Shown here piece after piece: positions 30,889 through 45,197 of a stretch of DNA of 64,000 nucleotides (position 1 is its first letter; every line of letters starts with the position of its first letter). The notes below the pieces were generated by a model. That model saw only the letters and a program-made list of their open reading frames with translations, was not told the DNA's origin and searched no databases. Made by a program: the position numbers and the translations under genes. This DNA comes from the human T2T-CHM13v2.0 reference genome, Homo sapiens: the NCBI RefSeq assembly GCF_009914755.1, contig NC_060928.1, one strand, 5' to 3'.

Positions 30889-33154
30889 TTACCAGGGGCT
30901 ATCGTGAAACATTTTAAATTAAATAAATAAAGTAATATTGTATTATAACACAGTACCTGAAATGAATGCTAATGAGTCCATACTTATTTTAAAAATAAAT
31001 AAATGGGGAGAAGAGACAAATATCTTATACAGAGAAATTCCAAATTGTGTAAATAATTTGGCCAAATTGTGTAAATAATTGGAGGCAGAGGTTAACTGCC
31101 CATCGTGACTTTTTTTTCCAAATAGCACAATATGAAAAGGTAAAGAAAAGAGTATATTTTCAGTGAAGAAACCTGAAAAGCACTAAGTCAAGAGATCAAC
31201 GTCAACCTCAGAAGTGATGAGTCACATTTATAATATATATCTTTGACAAAATGAGATAAAGATAAGAATCCATCACCTTGGTCTTCTTCTCCCAAACCTA
31301 TGACCCCAGTCTACCCATGAGAAAAATATCAGACAGATTCCAATTGATTAGCATTTTTCAGAATATCTGATCAGGGCTCATCTCATCAAAACTGTCAAGG
31401 TCGTCAAAATAAGGAAAGTCAGAGAAACTGTCACAGCCATAAGAAACCTAAGGATACACAATGCCTATAGTTAATGTGGCGGGATCATGGAACTTAAAAA
31501 GGACATTAGATAAAAATTAAGGAAATCTGAATAAAGCATGAACTTTAGTTAATAATAATGCATCAATATTTGTTCATTAGTTGTAAAAATGTACCATACT
31601 AACGTAAGATGTTAATAATAATAGCAGAAACTGGTTGCAGGTTATATGGGAATTCTCTGTATTACCTTGAAATTTTTTTCTGTAAATCTAAAACTGTTCT
31701 GAAATTTAAAATTTATTCTAAAATAATTTAAATCCCTATGCCTAAGTAAAACAAAACAAAACATTATTGTCCCTTCAAATTTGAGTCAGGGGGTCTAAGC
31801 CAATTCATTGTAATGACAGGATATTCAATGCATATTAATGCTGAAAGAGAACATTGTACAAGTAGTTCACCCCTTTAACCTAAACTAATTTCTTAAGAAT
31901 CCAGAACAGACTGTCTGGATGGCAATGCAATGACAGTCTTGGAATGTAGAAACATCTGGATGATCATTTTCTATCTTTTTATATTCTGCCTCTGTAAGTC
32001 CCTGACTTTGAAGATTTGAAGTAAAATAGCATTAAAATGTTCTGAAGAAAAATACATTCATAATATATTAAAATAGAAAGTTTATCGTTCACTTGGAAGA
32101 AAGCATTTGTCATTAACCTAGCAATTGCAATATTTACTATTGAAATCTAATCTTTAATGATTAAACAAAACTTTTATAATTCAGGCCTGTAGATATTTCT
32201 TTCATTAGTGAAATCCTTTGAATGCCCTAAATAATTGAGTGTTCAGAAGCCAGCCACTCAAACTGAAGTTAGAAGTGTTGTTTGTACAGGTGGTTTGCCT
32301 ACTGGGAGTCTAAATTCTTACTGTTGTCCATATCAATTATTCTGAGACTATGTCTGTTTAGTGTCTGCCAGTTTTTATAACAACAGAAGACTCTATTCAA
32401 AAACTGCTGACATGACATTTATCAAATTATCCTAAGAGTGACATTCTGTTTCTAAATAAAAGAACCATGAGTGAAAGTAAATGCTTGGATGGTTAAATAT
32501 TAAGTCACAGAAATAAATTTCTCAGATTTAAACATTTAATATGTATTAACTAAAATCAGTAGTAATATGCTATTTGCAGATAGTCCTTTCAGAAACACTC
32601 ATTTTTAAATAAGGAACAACATTTTAAAACACTTTTCCAGATTTCAAATTTTATTTTTTTGCCTCTCGTTTGAGAAATTTTGATTCTTCTGAATCCTGAA
32701 TTCAAACAAACAGCAAAAGTATTTTTCTTTGAAATGTATGTTTATCACTTAGTTTTAAAGTGTAATTATCAAATTAGATCTCATACACACAGAAGAACAT
32801 ACAGAAGACTAATATTTAGAGGAGAATTATTGAATACTTCTTAAGTAGAGATTCTTTAACGTTTGGCTTCGAGGATGAAATTGACACAAACTGACAGAAG
32901 TCTGTCATTTTCACTGGTTTTTACACTGGCCTCTCAAGGGCTAAATAGCTGAGTGCCTACATCAGTATCCTTCTTTATACTTGTTCATAATCAATGATAA
33001 TTGTGATCACTATCATCTCTAATTTCTATTAATGATATTAATATTTTATGATGCTATTTGGACTTATTTTTAATAATGTGTATTTTCAAAAGTTGAAACT
33101 TTTCTTGGTGTAACAAAGTGAAAATAGCATTATGTGTTTTATATGTTGAAATCT

Positions 33155-33549
33155 TGATATGGTTTATCTCTGTGTTACCACCCAAATTTTATCTCGAGTT
33201 CTAATTCCCACAGGTTGGGGGAGGGGCCTGGTGGGAGGTGATTGGATCATGGGGTCGGACTCTCCCCTTGCTGTTTGTGAGATAGTGAGTGAGTTTTCAC
33301 AAGATCTGGTTGTTTGAAAGTGTGTGGCACTTCCCTCTTTGCTCTCTCTCTCAATCTGTCTCCTGCTCTGCCATGGTAAGACATGATTGTTTCCTTTTCA
33401 CCTTCTGCCAGGATTTAAGTTTCCTAAGGCCTCCCCAATCCATGCTTCCTGTACAGCCTGTGGTACTGTGAGTCCATTAAACCTCTTTTTTTCATAAATT
33501 ACCCAGTCTCAGGTAGTTCTTTATAGCAGTGTGAGAATGGCTTAATACA
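33155..33549 (+). mobile_element. MaLR LTR (MSTA-like)
   Basis: tgatatggttt...taataca; TSD aatct/aatcc. Confidence 0.88.
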
Positions 33550-33956
33550 AATCCAATCAGTTATTTTAAGTATAACGGCATGTTTTTACAAAAAAAATTG
33601 TCATATTTGGTGATGATTGTAATGTTGTGAACCTTTTTTTAAAAAAATAAGAAATTTAAAATGGAGAAGCATTTTAATAATTGATTTCACTATTGATCAT
33701 GTGTTCATAGAAAATGAGGTAAAATATTTTGATTCATTTTTTGCTTTAACATAAATCCCACAGTGTAATAATACTGAATATATTTTATCATAATTTTAAT
33801 CTTTGAGAATAATTTGGTGTAATAATTTTATAGTTGGAAAAAATAACTTTTAAAATATGTTTTTAGTATATTGTCATTTTATACTTTTTTGATCTTGAGA
33901 TTTTCAAGAACAAATCCCATTTAAAGATGTTTCACATATTGTTAGGATAAATTTAA

Positions 33957-34350
<394 letters not shown>

Positions 34351-34859
34351 TGATTTTCAATGTTAAGTCTTTTGAATTTCACCAAAGTTTTAGTTTTGGA
34401 GCACTTCATAAATAGTGTCAGATACTGTCCTAAGTGCTTTGCATTTATTATTTCAATAAATCATCACATAATCCCATTTCACAAATGATATCAATGAAGG
34501 TCATAGAGACTATGAGGTTCATCCAGAATAGAGGAGAATTATTGTTAGTTTTTATGCTCAATTATGAGCTGTAACCCCATAAATGTAGAATCAACATGTC
34601 TCAATTCAGACATTAAAATATCACTTTAATTGTTTTAATAAAGGGTTTGAATTCTTCCACAAATACACAAGAATTTATTGATTGAAAATATTAACATTAT
34701 TAAAGAAATGATTTGGTTAGGGGTTAGCGGTGGGGTGAGAATGGCTCAACCAGAAAATCATAGAACAGCATAAGACAGAGGTTATAGAAAGTAGTGGTCA
34801 TCATTCATCAGAGCACTGGGCATGCAAAGTGCCCACAGCATTATACCACAAAGTTAGTG

Positions 34860-34972
34860 TGTTGAACACAAACACACAAAGGGTCATTGATAAGTGTGTT
34901 GCTTTTAGATGTATGTTTAGAAATAGGTTTAGACTGTAATGTTTTTAAGAATTGCTTTGTTTTGTCAAAGCA
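34860..34972 (+). repeat. 113-bp direct repeat, partner at 37063-37175
   Basis: Hand alignment is ungapped, about 104/113 identical, offset 2203 bp. Confidence 0.93.
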
Positions 34973-37487
34973 AAAGTGCTTTGCTTTGTTTTGTCCACGA
35001 AGTCTCTGGATCCTATATCAAATTGAGGGCATGATGGTCAGTATTTAATTCGGAAGTACAAGCTTCCAACTCAGTTGCTTGCATAACTCTGCCAAAGAAA
35101 CATGAAAGAGAAGGCAAAGAAAATAGAATGGACTTTGGGGGCTCAAGCCAGATGTAGAAGGAGGTACTGGGTCAGGATCAGTGCACTGGGTTGCATTGCA
35201 GGTGAGCCCAGATAGACCTTATAAACCAGTTTTTAAACTGGAGGCCTGAAGTGCTGTATGGGTCTTGTCCTCACTGACCTTTGTGACAATAATAATGTAT
35301 ACATAGGTTTTCTGAGGGTGTAAAAGTTCATGTGATTCACGTCTTGGAAAGTGGAGGCTGAAGAATGCTTTCCCATTGGGTTAGCAGCTGAATTGGTCTG
35401 AAGAGGATAGTCAAGGGAAAGGCTTGCATCCATACAAAAGAAAAAGTAATAAACCGAGATCACAAAGTATATGAGGGGCTTCCTGACACCTAATATTTCT
35501 TAATCTAAAACCATGTTCACAGAGTTAGCTAATGAAGATAGTGTGGCTTCCCCAAAGGAGTATCAGCAGAGAGAGAATGTTCTGGCCAGAAGACTCAAGT
35601 GCCTGGTCCCCTTATTGTAAATTAATACATCAGGACTTTGATTTTTAAAATCAATCCCTTGAGCTTATTTAATATCACTAGGCCCCTTAGAAATAGACAG
35701 CTAGCTTTCAGAGTCTGGAAAGGCTGAGGGCCAGATTTGGAGCCAGGCAAATCTACTAAGGTAATGAGATTCTAAGAGGTCTTTTGGAAGGCAGCCTGCT
35801 GGCATTCCCTAGCAACACTCCCTTTTCTTCATGGTTTGAGCCAAGCCTGATCATTTTTCCAAGGTGAACTCTGCAATGGGTACTTTGTAGTGATAGAAAA
35901 TTAAAATAATACTGTTTATTTGTGCAGGCTGCTATGTTTTAAAACATTTCTGTAGAGCTTATCACATTTTAATAGAGCAGTTTTCCAGTATACTTATTGT
36001 TCCACTCATTTATAGATGAAGAAAATCAGTCAAAAGGGTGTTATGTACCCCCATATTTTCCCCCACATTAGATGTTTTGTTTTTCCTTCAAAAGTACTAA
36101 CCTTTGAAAGGCAGCATGAGCAGGAGGTGTTCCCAATGCTGGCAGTCTTCCCTTTGTTGATTCTAGTACTGGTTACAGAGGTGTATCCAGTTTGTAAAAG
36201 TTCACCAAGATATACAGTGATGAAATGTATACTTTTATGTAGTCATGTTATACTACCAGAAAAGTTAGTATATCTTTAAACAATACTGGCTTCAAAAGAA
36301 AAAAAAAATAGTAATGTTTCCATGATTGTTTTCTTTAGCCATCTTTACATTTATTTAAAATTCCTAAGTTTAATACAGTTATTAACCTCTTCAACTATTT
36401 CAGCTAGAACTGGACCAATTTGGTAATTTCTTTCTTCTAAGTAACTTTAAACCTCAAAATATACAGGTGTCACCAAATAATTGGTTCTTGGCTATTTAAA
36501 GATTCATGAAAAAGATTAGGAGAAATAAATGCGGTACTGTATCCAAAATTAAAAATTATATATTTGAAGTATTTGAAAAACCTTATAAATAAATGAAGGT
36601 AATAAATCAAGTTAAAAATTTTAAAATTTCATTAGACTAAACCAATTGTGCCTCGGAGTGATAAGTGCATTATTCACAGAAATATTTTCAAGAGTTAGAT
36701 GACCTTGCAGATTAAGGCTTGTATGTGAGGATGGGTAGTGGGCTTGTGGAGAGTAGGATAGAGTCAATTGAATACATATGTGACTGAATTTGAATAGAAA
36801 GAAAGTATCTAGGGTTATAATGGGAAGATAATCCACACACCCACTTCTGATGTTTGAGGAATCTCATAAAGGGGAATTGCGAATTCTCTCATTGTTTCCA
36901 TTTCATTTGTAAAGACTAGTCTAGTAATGCCCTATCTAGAGAGGTGATTTGACTTCATATAGTCAAAACCATATATGTGTCTACCGAGTCTTTTTAAAGT
37001 AGCAATTGAATACCAGATTGTGAATGTAGGAGAAAGTAGTATTCCATTAGGAAGTCAGAGACTGTTGCACACAAACACACAAAGGGTCATTGACAAGTGT
37101 GTTGCTTTTAGATGTATGTTTAGAAACGGGTTTAGACTATACTATCTTTAAGAATTGCTTTGTTTTGTCAATGCACATATATTCACTTTTTAACATTCTG
37201 AAATTTGGACTAATCTTACAATCATTTCCGCATGTGTTGCAGAAGTATCCTACAAAGAAGTTCTTACTAAATTCATAGTGTGTTATGGTGTCCTCTAAGA
37301 AATGAAGTAAAACGGTAATATTTGTCTCTGGGAAATAGGAGTTTGATTCAACATCTGGCAACTGGTAGTTCAGGAGGAATACACAGTTTACAAACTATAG
37401 AGAGGTCTTGAGTACAGGAGACTTTGATTGCTAGAGACCATTATGGATTGTCCTGCTGAATTATGTATCCCAGCCTAGTCAAAGCCA

Positions 37488-37718
37488 CTGGTTCTCAATG
37501 AGGGGTGATCCTCTCCCCACCCCAACAGGGGCCATTTGGCAATAGAGACATTTTTGATTAACACAATGTTATGGGAAGAGTGCTACTGGTATCTAGTTGG
37601 TAGAGGTTAGGAATGTTGCTAAATATCTACGACGCACAGAACAGCAAGCCCCATTCTGAACAACAACAGAAAGTTATCTGGTCCAAAATGTCAGTAGTAT
37701 TGAGGTTAAGAAACTGTA
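37488..37718. mobile_element. MER20 hAT DNA transposon
   Basis: ctggttctcaa...catttggcaat...gaggttaagaaactg. Confidence 0.85.
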
Positions 37719-38037
37719 GTCTAATCTTAGTACCTCAAATTCAGGGATATTTTTTATTAGGAAATGATACAAGCTCCTTATTAGAAAAAGGGATACTTCA
37801 TCATTAGATTGAATGTTTAAGAATCTATTCATGACAAGATGTTGTGCTAAGTAGAATGCTCACAGTGGGGAGCAAAGCAGCCAATACTCTTCCCTTCTCT
37901 AGAATTTAGTCAGATTAGAGGGCAGACTAGTAAATAAGTTATATAGCATCATACTCAAATTGTTATAAAGGTTATATTTGCTAAGGATTAAGTTTGTTTA
38001 TGTGGTTCAGAATAAACCCAATAAAAAGGACTTAACA

Positions 38038-38342
<305 letters not shown>

Positions 38343-38663
38343 TTATTTTTTCTCATATAATGAGGCCTCTGGAAATAAATGATTCCTCACACTGGTGAAG
38401 AGTTTCAAGGGCCAAGTCGCTGTGATCTTCTTGGCCTCTTCCTCAATGTTGCAAGATGCTATTTCCGCTTTTGCCATTACATTCCTATTCCGGGCTGCAG
38501 GAAGGAGGAAGAGAAAAGGACAAAAGGAGATTGCTTCCTTACTATACCTTTTTATAAATGAATTTTTCTGGAAGCCCACGTATTAATGTCCGTTTTCATC
38601 TGATTGAACAGAAATCATCTGGTCACTCAGCTACAAGGGGGACTAAGAAATGCATTAGTTTTA

Positions 38664-38780
38664 AACCCTCCAAGAAAACCCAGTTAAAATAGCCCACTGA
38701 ACCCACCTACTATTTTAACCTAAGTCCTTGGTTCTGGTTTATTTTTCTAACCAACTGGTGTTCCAACACTCTCATCAGGA
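38664..38780 (+). repeat. ~115-bp direct repeat, partner at 39381-39499
   Basis: Shared aaatagcccaYtgaacccacctac...tttatttttctaaccaa...tcatcagga, with small indels. Confidence 0.88.
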
Positions 38781-39834
38781 CATTCCTGTCCTCAACAAAA
38801 TTGAGCTCTCATTAGAATGTAGGAGGGGAATGTAGATATTGGGAAAGAAACTAGAAGTGTCTGACACAAAGATTATGAAGAAAAACCCCAGAGACAATGA
38901 ACTCAGTTAACAGGGAGTAGGAAGGACTTTTCTGAGGAAGTAACATTTTGGATAACCTTGGAAATGAATAGGACTAGCAATTGAATAAAGGACAATAACA
39001 CATTTTATGCCTACAAATAGGAGGTGAAGCTGCTCTAAAAGCAAATTACATTTCTAAAGGGGCAAACCCTGATTCCAAAGAAGCAAGATTGTAAATAAGG
39101 CTGTTTATGAAAACAACCTCTTGTAAAATGTCTGATTTTTTGGATACTTTCCTTTGGTGACACTTGTACAAAATACATTTTTTAAAAGTTTATCCCTCTT
39201 CCATCTTATTTTTAGAAAGAATTGTCTCCTAGTCACAGATGCCTTGACAGCCAGCCACCATAAAAAAATTCAGACAAAGCTCCCATAAGAATCTCCAGGA
39301 AAGAAAACGACTTCTCCCAGCTTCGTAACTCTAGTCCATGCTAAAAAAAAAAAAACAAAAGCTAACATAATAAACTCTGTAACCTTCCAAGAAACATGAA
39401 TTCAAATAGCCCATTGAACCCACCTACCCTACTATTTGATCCTAAGTCCCTGATGCTGATTTATTTTTCTAACCAATGGTATTCAAACAGTCATCAGGAA
39501 CTTGGCCTGAGCTTCACAAGGATTACATAAATGCATTTTTTTGCCTCTTCTTCTTATATGTGATAACCCCACAGGATTAATATCAAGTCATGTTCCTCCT
39601 CCTCTTATATCTTATTAGTACAAAAACAGTGCAAATACCTAAGAAGAGACTTGAGATCATGTTTCTGTTCCACACAGTGTGTACTCAATGTGCTGGTTCT
39701 TTTGTCCAAACTTTTGTACCCAATTATGAATAGTTACTTGTTTGAATCTGTAAAGACTAATTTCCTTATATTAATATTTGAATATGGAAGAGCCCAAATA
39801 GCCAAGGCAATCCTAAGCAAAAAGAACAAAGCTG

Positions 39835-40172
<338 letters not shown>

Positions 40173-40400
40173 CTATACCACAGAGCTACAGTAACTAAAA
40201 CTGCATGGTACTGGTACACAAACAGGCACATAGACTAAAGGAACAGAATAGAGAGCCCAGAGATAAGGCCTCACACCTATAACCATCAGATCTTTGACAA
40301 ACCTGACAAAAACAAGCAATGGCGAAAGGTTTTTTATATTTGCTAAGGAGTAAGTTTTAAATATAAAGGTTTTTTATATTTAAAACCTTAGCAAATATAA

Positions 40401-40526
<126 letters not shown>

Positions 40527-40845
40527 TAGACTAAAGACTTAAATATAAAACCCAAATCCTGGAAGACAACCTAGCAATACCATCCTGGACATAGAAACGG
40601 GCAAAGATTTCATGACAAAGACACAAAAGCAATCACAATAAAAACAAAAATTGACAAATGGGATCTAATTAAACTTAAGAGCTTCTGCACAGCAAAAGAA
40701 ACTATCAACAGAGTAAACAGACAACGTACAGAATGGGAGAAAGTATCTGCAAACTATGCATCTGACAAAGATCTAATATCCAGCATCTATAAGGAACGTA
40801 AACAAATTTGCAAGAGAAAAACAACCCCATTAAAAAGTGGGCAAA

Positions 40846-41071
40846 GGACTGGGCACAGTGGCTCATGCCTGTAATCCCAGCAATCTTGAGGCTGAGGTGG
40901 GAAGATTGCTTGAGGTCAGGAGTTCGAGACCAGCTTGGCCAACATGATGAAACCCCATCTCTACAAGAATACAAAAATTAGCGAGCATGGTGGTGCACAC
41001 CTGTAGTCCCAGCTACTTGTGAGGCTGAGGCATGAGAATCAGTTGGACCTGGGAAGACAGAGGTTGCAGTG
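40846..41071 (+). mobile_element. Alu with 3' end deleted, inside L1
   Basis: Ends at gttgcagtgg and joins directly to L1 sequence; no poly-A. Confidence 0.85.
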
Positions 41072-42415
41072 GCCAAAAATCATATGAAAAAAGTTCAACA
41101 TCACTGATCATTAGAGAAATGCAAATCAAAACCACAATGAGATATCTCACAGCAGTCATAATGGCTATTCTTAAAATGTCAAAAAACAACAGATGCTGGT
41201 GAGGTTGTGGAGAACAGGGAACATTTGTACACTGTTGGTGAGAGTGTAAATTAATTCAACCGTTGTGGAAAGCAGTATGGCCATTCCTCAAAGAGCTACC
41301 ATTTAACCCAGCAATCCCATTACTGGGTGTCTATGCAGAGGAATATAAATAATTCTATCATAAAGACACATGTATGCAAATGCTCACTGCAGCACTATTC
41401 ATAATAGAAAAGACATGGAATCAACCTAAATGACCATTAATAACACACTGTATAAAGAAAATATGGTACATATATACCATGGAATACTATACAGCCATTG
41501 AAAAGAATGAGATAATGTCTTTTGTGGGAACATGGATGGAGCTGGAGGCTATTATCCTTAGCAAACTAACTCAGAACAGAAAATGAAACACCGTATAGTC
41601 TCACTTATAAGTGGAAGCTAAATGATGAGAACCTATGAATAAAAAGAAAGGAACAAGAGACACTGAGGGCTACTTGAGGGTGGAGGGTGGGAAAAGGGAT
41701 AGGAGCAGAAAAAATAACTATTGGGTACTAGGCTTAGTACCTGGGTGATGAATTAATCTGTAAAATGAACCCCTATGACATGAGTTTACCTATATAAGAA
41801 ACCTGCACATGTATCCCCAAACCTAAAATAAAAGTTAAAACAAAAATCAACCAACCAAAAAACAAAAGAAAACTAAAAATACAAAACAACATAGTAAAAT
41901 TGTATGACCTAGTATTTCTTATTCCATTGACTCCATGCAAAAGATAATAAAGTCCTAAAAAGGGCAAGTGCAAAAAAAAAAAAAAAAAGGCATTCAAGAA
42001 GTAACTAGTAATAAAATAAGGAGCATCCCAAAGCAGAACTAAGGGCAGAGAGGAGGATCCCAAAATATAGAGGAAGAGCTTTTAGGTGGATCACTTAGGA
42101 AAAGATTAAAAAAGACACCTTCCTCCCAAACTTATACTAAAAAAGGATGACCTTTGATTTACCTGGATTTATATTTCCTTGGTTATTTGGCATGTCCTTT
42201 CCCTAATTCTCTATCTAAAGTATAATCTTCACCAGTGCTAATCACCCACTGTGGGTATTTCATCATCAATTTATCATTATTAAATTGTTAGGACTGTAAA
42301 AGATTTTTAAAATTCTTTTGTCCATAATATATTCAGATTTGAAGACCATTAGCAAATAATTGTCTGGTTGTATGCTTTGTACACCTGTATAGTCTGTATA
42401 CCAAAAGCTTCTTTG

Positions 42416-42665
<250 letters not shown>

Positions 42666-42699
42666 CCAAAAGCTTCTTAAAATTTTATTATACATTTTA

Positions 42700-44405
42700 T
42701 GATTATCTTATCAAGAGAAAGGAATTATTTATTCACTCTTTAAGTCTGATCTGGGTTGCCTTCATTAAAATACTGTGAGAGAAGCTATGGAGTTATAGTT
42801 CCCGGTCTATCAAGAAAACTTGCATGCTTCCAACTCATTTTTTTTTTTGGAATGCTACCACCAACATGTAAATAAGCACAGGGTCACCTGCTTGAGGAAG
42901 AGAGGCCCATTACTCAGCCATTCCTGCCATCCCAGCCAACAGCCAGCCAACTAAGAGATATGTGAAAGAGGTCATTCTAGACCATCCCATCTACCCTTCA
43001 CCCAATCTATAAGTTAATTTCAGGCACATGAGCAAGCATAGGCAGGAGAAGTGGTATTATCCAGGTGACCCACAGACTTAGGAGCAATAATAAATGCTTA
43101 TTTATTTAGGCCACAGAGTTTTGTGTTTATTTCTTATACTGAAAGAGGTAACTAATATAGGAATTGATGCATAGAACTAGAGTGCCACTGACCTAAAATG
43201 TGAGACTCTGGTTTGAGAGTGAAGCAGCAAGCAGGCAATGGGAAACATGGTGAGCAAATATTTAGTAGAAACTGGAGAAACGGTGAGAGCTTGCAATTAG
43301 AGTCTGGGAAAATAGAGCCTCATGTTACAAAATAACAAACAATAGGCACGACTATACCAATATACATGTTTCTAATAAACTTTTGGACTTTGGCAAAATG
43401 ATTTTCAGACAAAAAGTTGAAAGTAGATGTTTACTTCTTTTAGCTGCATATGGTAAATGCTGCATATAGTAAATGCAGCTGCTATATGCAGACCATATAG
43501 TAAATATTTTTTGCTTTGTGACTTTACTGTCTCTTTCTCAACTATTGAAATTTCCTGTCCTAAATGCAGAAACAGCCAGGGCCAACATGTAAATAAATAA
43601 GTGTAGCTGTGTTTCAAAAAAATATTTATGGACATTAGCATTTGAATATAAAATAATTTGCATGCACTACAAAATATTATCCTTCTTTTGATTTTTAAAT
43701 CATTAAAAATGTAGAAAACAGTAACAGTTCACAGCCCATAGTTAAACAGGTAGTAAGCTGAATTTGTCCTGCAGGCTTAGCTTGAAAACTTTGAGCTAGA
43801 CAAAGAACTTGCTAGTTTTCAAGGAGAATTTAAAGGAATATAAATAAATAAAATTATTTCTCATCTTCCATCTTCTCAAACAATAAGAGTTCTAACAAAA
43901 AAGTTCTGAGGACAAGATCTAATCAAATGTGCCCAGGTTTTGCTTTCAGCTACATTAAAGGGTTTCTAAGAAACTTCAGGTTCTTGTCCCGTAACAGCTT
44001 GACATAGACAAAGAATCTGTGAGTAAGAAAGAGACACATGTTTCCCAAATAATGGTGGATTTGGTTGTTAGAATGGACTTGAGTCTGATTCATCAGAGCA
44101 AGCCAATGAAGTTTTAAAGTGAGTTATACTTTCAAAAGAACTTGCTTCTCTTAAATCCTGCTCAGTTACCAGATGAACAAACCCAAACTTGGCATGGGGG
44201 AGAACTAAAGCACCATCATGAACATCAAGCAAGCTTCTAGAAGCAGAGCTGCCAAGGTGATTCACAGATAATCACAGGTGATGAGGGAACTCTAGACTGG
44301 AACAACTACTCAATTGACTTGTAGACTCGTGAGCAAAAACACATTTATTTTTAGTCCACTAAATTTTGGAACGACTTTTTGTGTAGGAATATCTAGCTGA
44401 TGCAG
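42700..44405 (+). mobile_element. MLT1 LTR, internal fragment and second LTR fragment, containing a MER58B-like element (~43490-43790)
   Basis: MLT1 3' motifs (ccacagacttaggagcaataataaatg...ggtaactaata); MER58B motif aaaatattatccttcttttgattttt. Confidence 0.6.
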
Positions 44406-44794
44406 AATATTTCATTATTCAATTGTTTGTGTTAGCACATTGTTGGAGAGGGCTTGAGTTGGTAAAACACACAGTATTGAAATATTCCTTATGGCATAAT
44501 GTATTTGGAATGGAAGCATCTGAGCAGGTATTAATTAGCATTGTATATGCTGCGCACAATGAAGATTAATTTTATCTTCTTAAAATCAAATAATAGTTTA
44601 GTTTTTACTAACTAGATGTATGCAGTATACTTTACTGAATTGCTTTTAAGTCTAATCCGGTGGAGCAAGGCTCATCAGTGAAACTAGGCCAAGTGTACAG
44701 TGTATAGTTTTCCAGATCATGAGATCTGCATTCTCATTTTCACAAAAGAATCTATATATTGCTTTTTATTATTGAGTTATAGGTCTCAGAATAC

Positions 44795-45197
44795 TGTTCA
44801 AGCAAAATAATCAAGAGGCCATTAGCCTGGGGTTGTTATCTGTACCAGGAGTTCTTTTCTAAGAAAACAGAAACTTAACTTGGAAACATTTTTTGTAACT
44901 GACTTAAGAAAAAAATGTGCCTCAGCCATTCACAAACAGCCAACCAGCTCTTGGTCTGATCATTCATCAGATGTAACCAAATAGGCAAATGCTTCATCAC
45001 AGCTCACCAAAATGCCTAGCTGTAGCCAATCAGGTAATTACTTTGTTTCCTTTATTGGTCTATAAAAGCTCCCTGCTCACTTTGTGAAGCAGAACTTTCT
45101 GGACCTCCTCTGGTTCTGAATGCTGTCCATTCATGAATTGTTCTTTGCTCAAATAAACTGTGTTACATTTAATTTGCCTGAAGTTTTTCTTTTAAGA
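44795..45197 (+). mobile_element. ERV1 solo LTR (MER57/MER67-like)
   Basis: tgtt start, ccaat and tataaaa boxes, gctcaaataaact...aatttgcctgaagtttttctttt end; subfamily uncertain. Confidence 0.65.
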
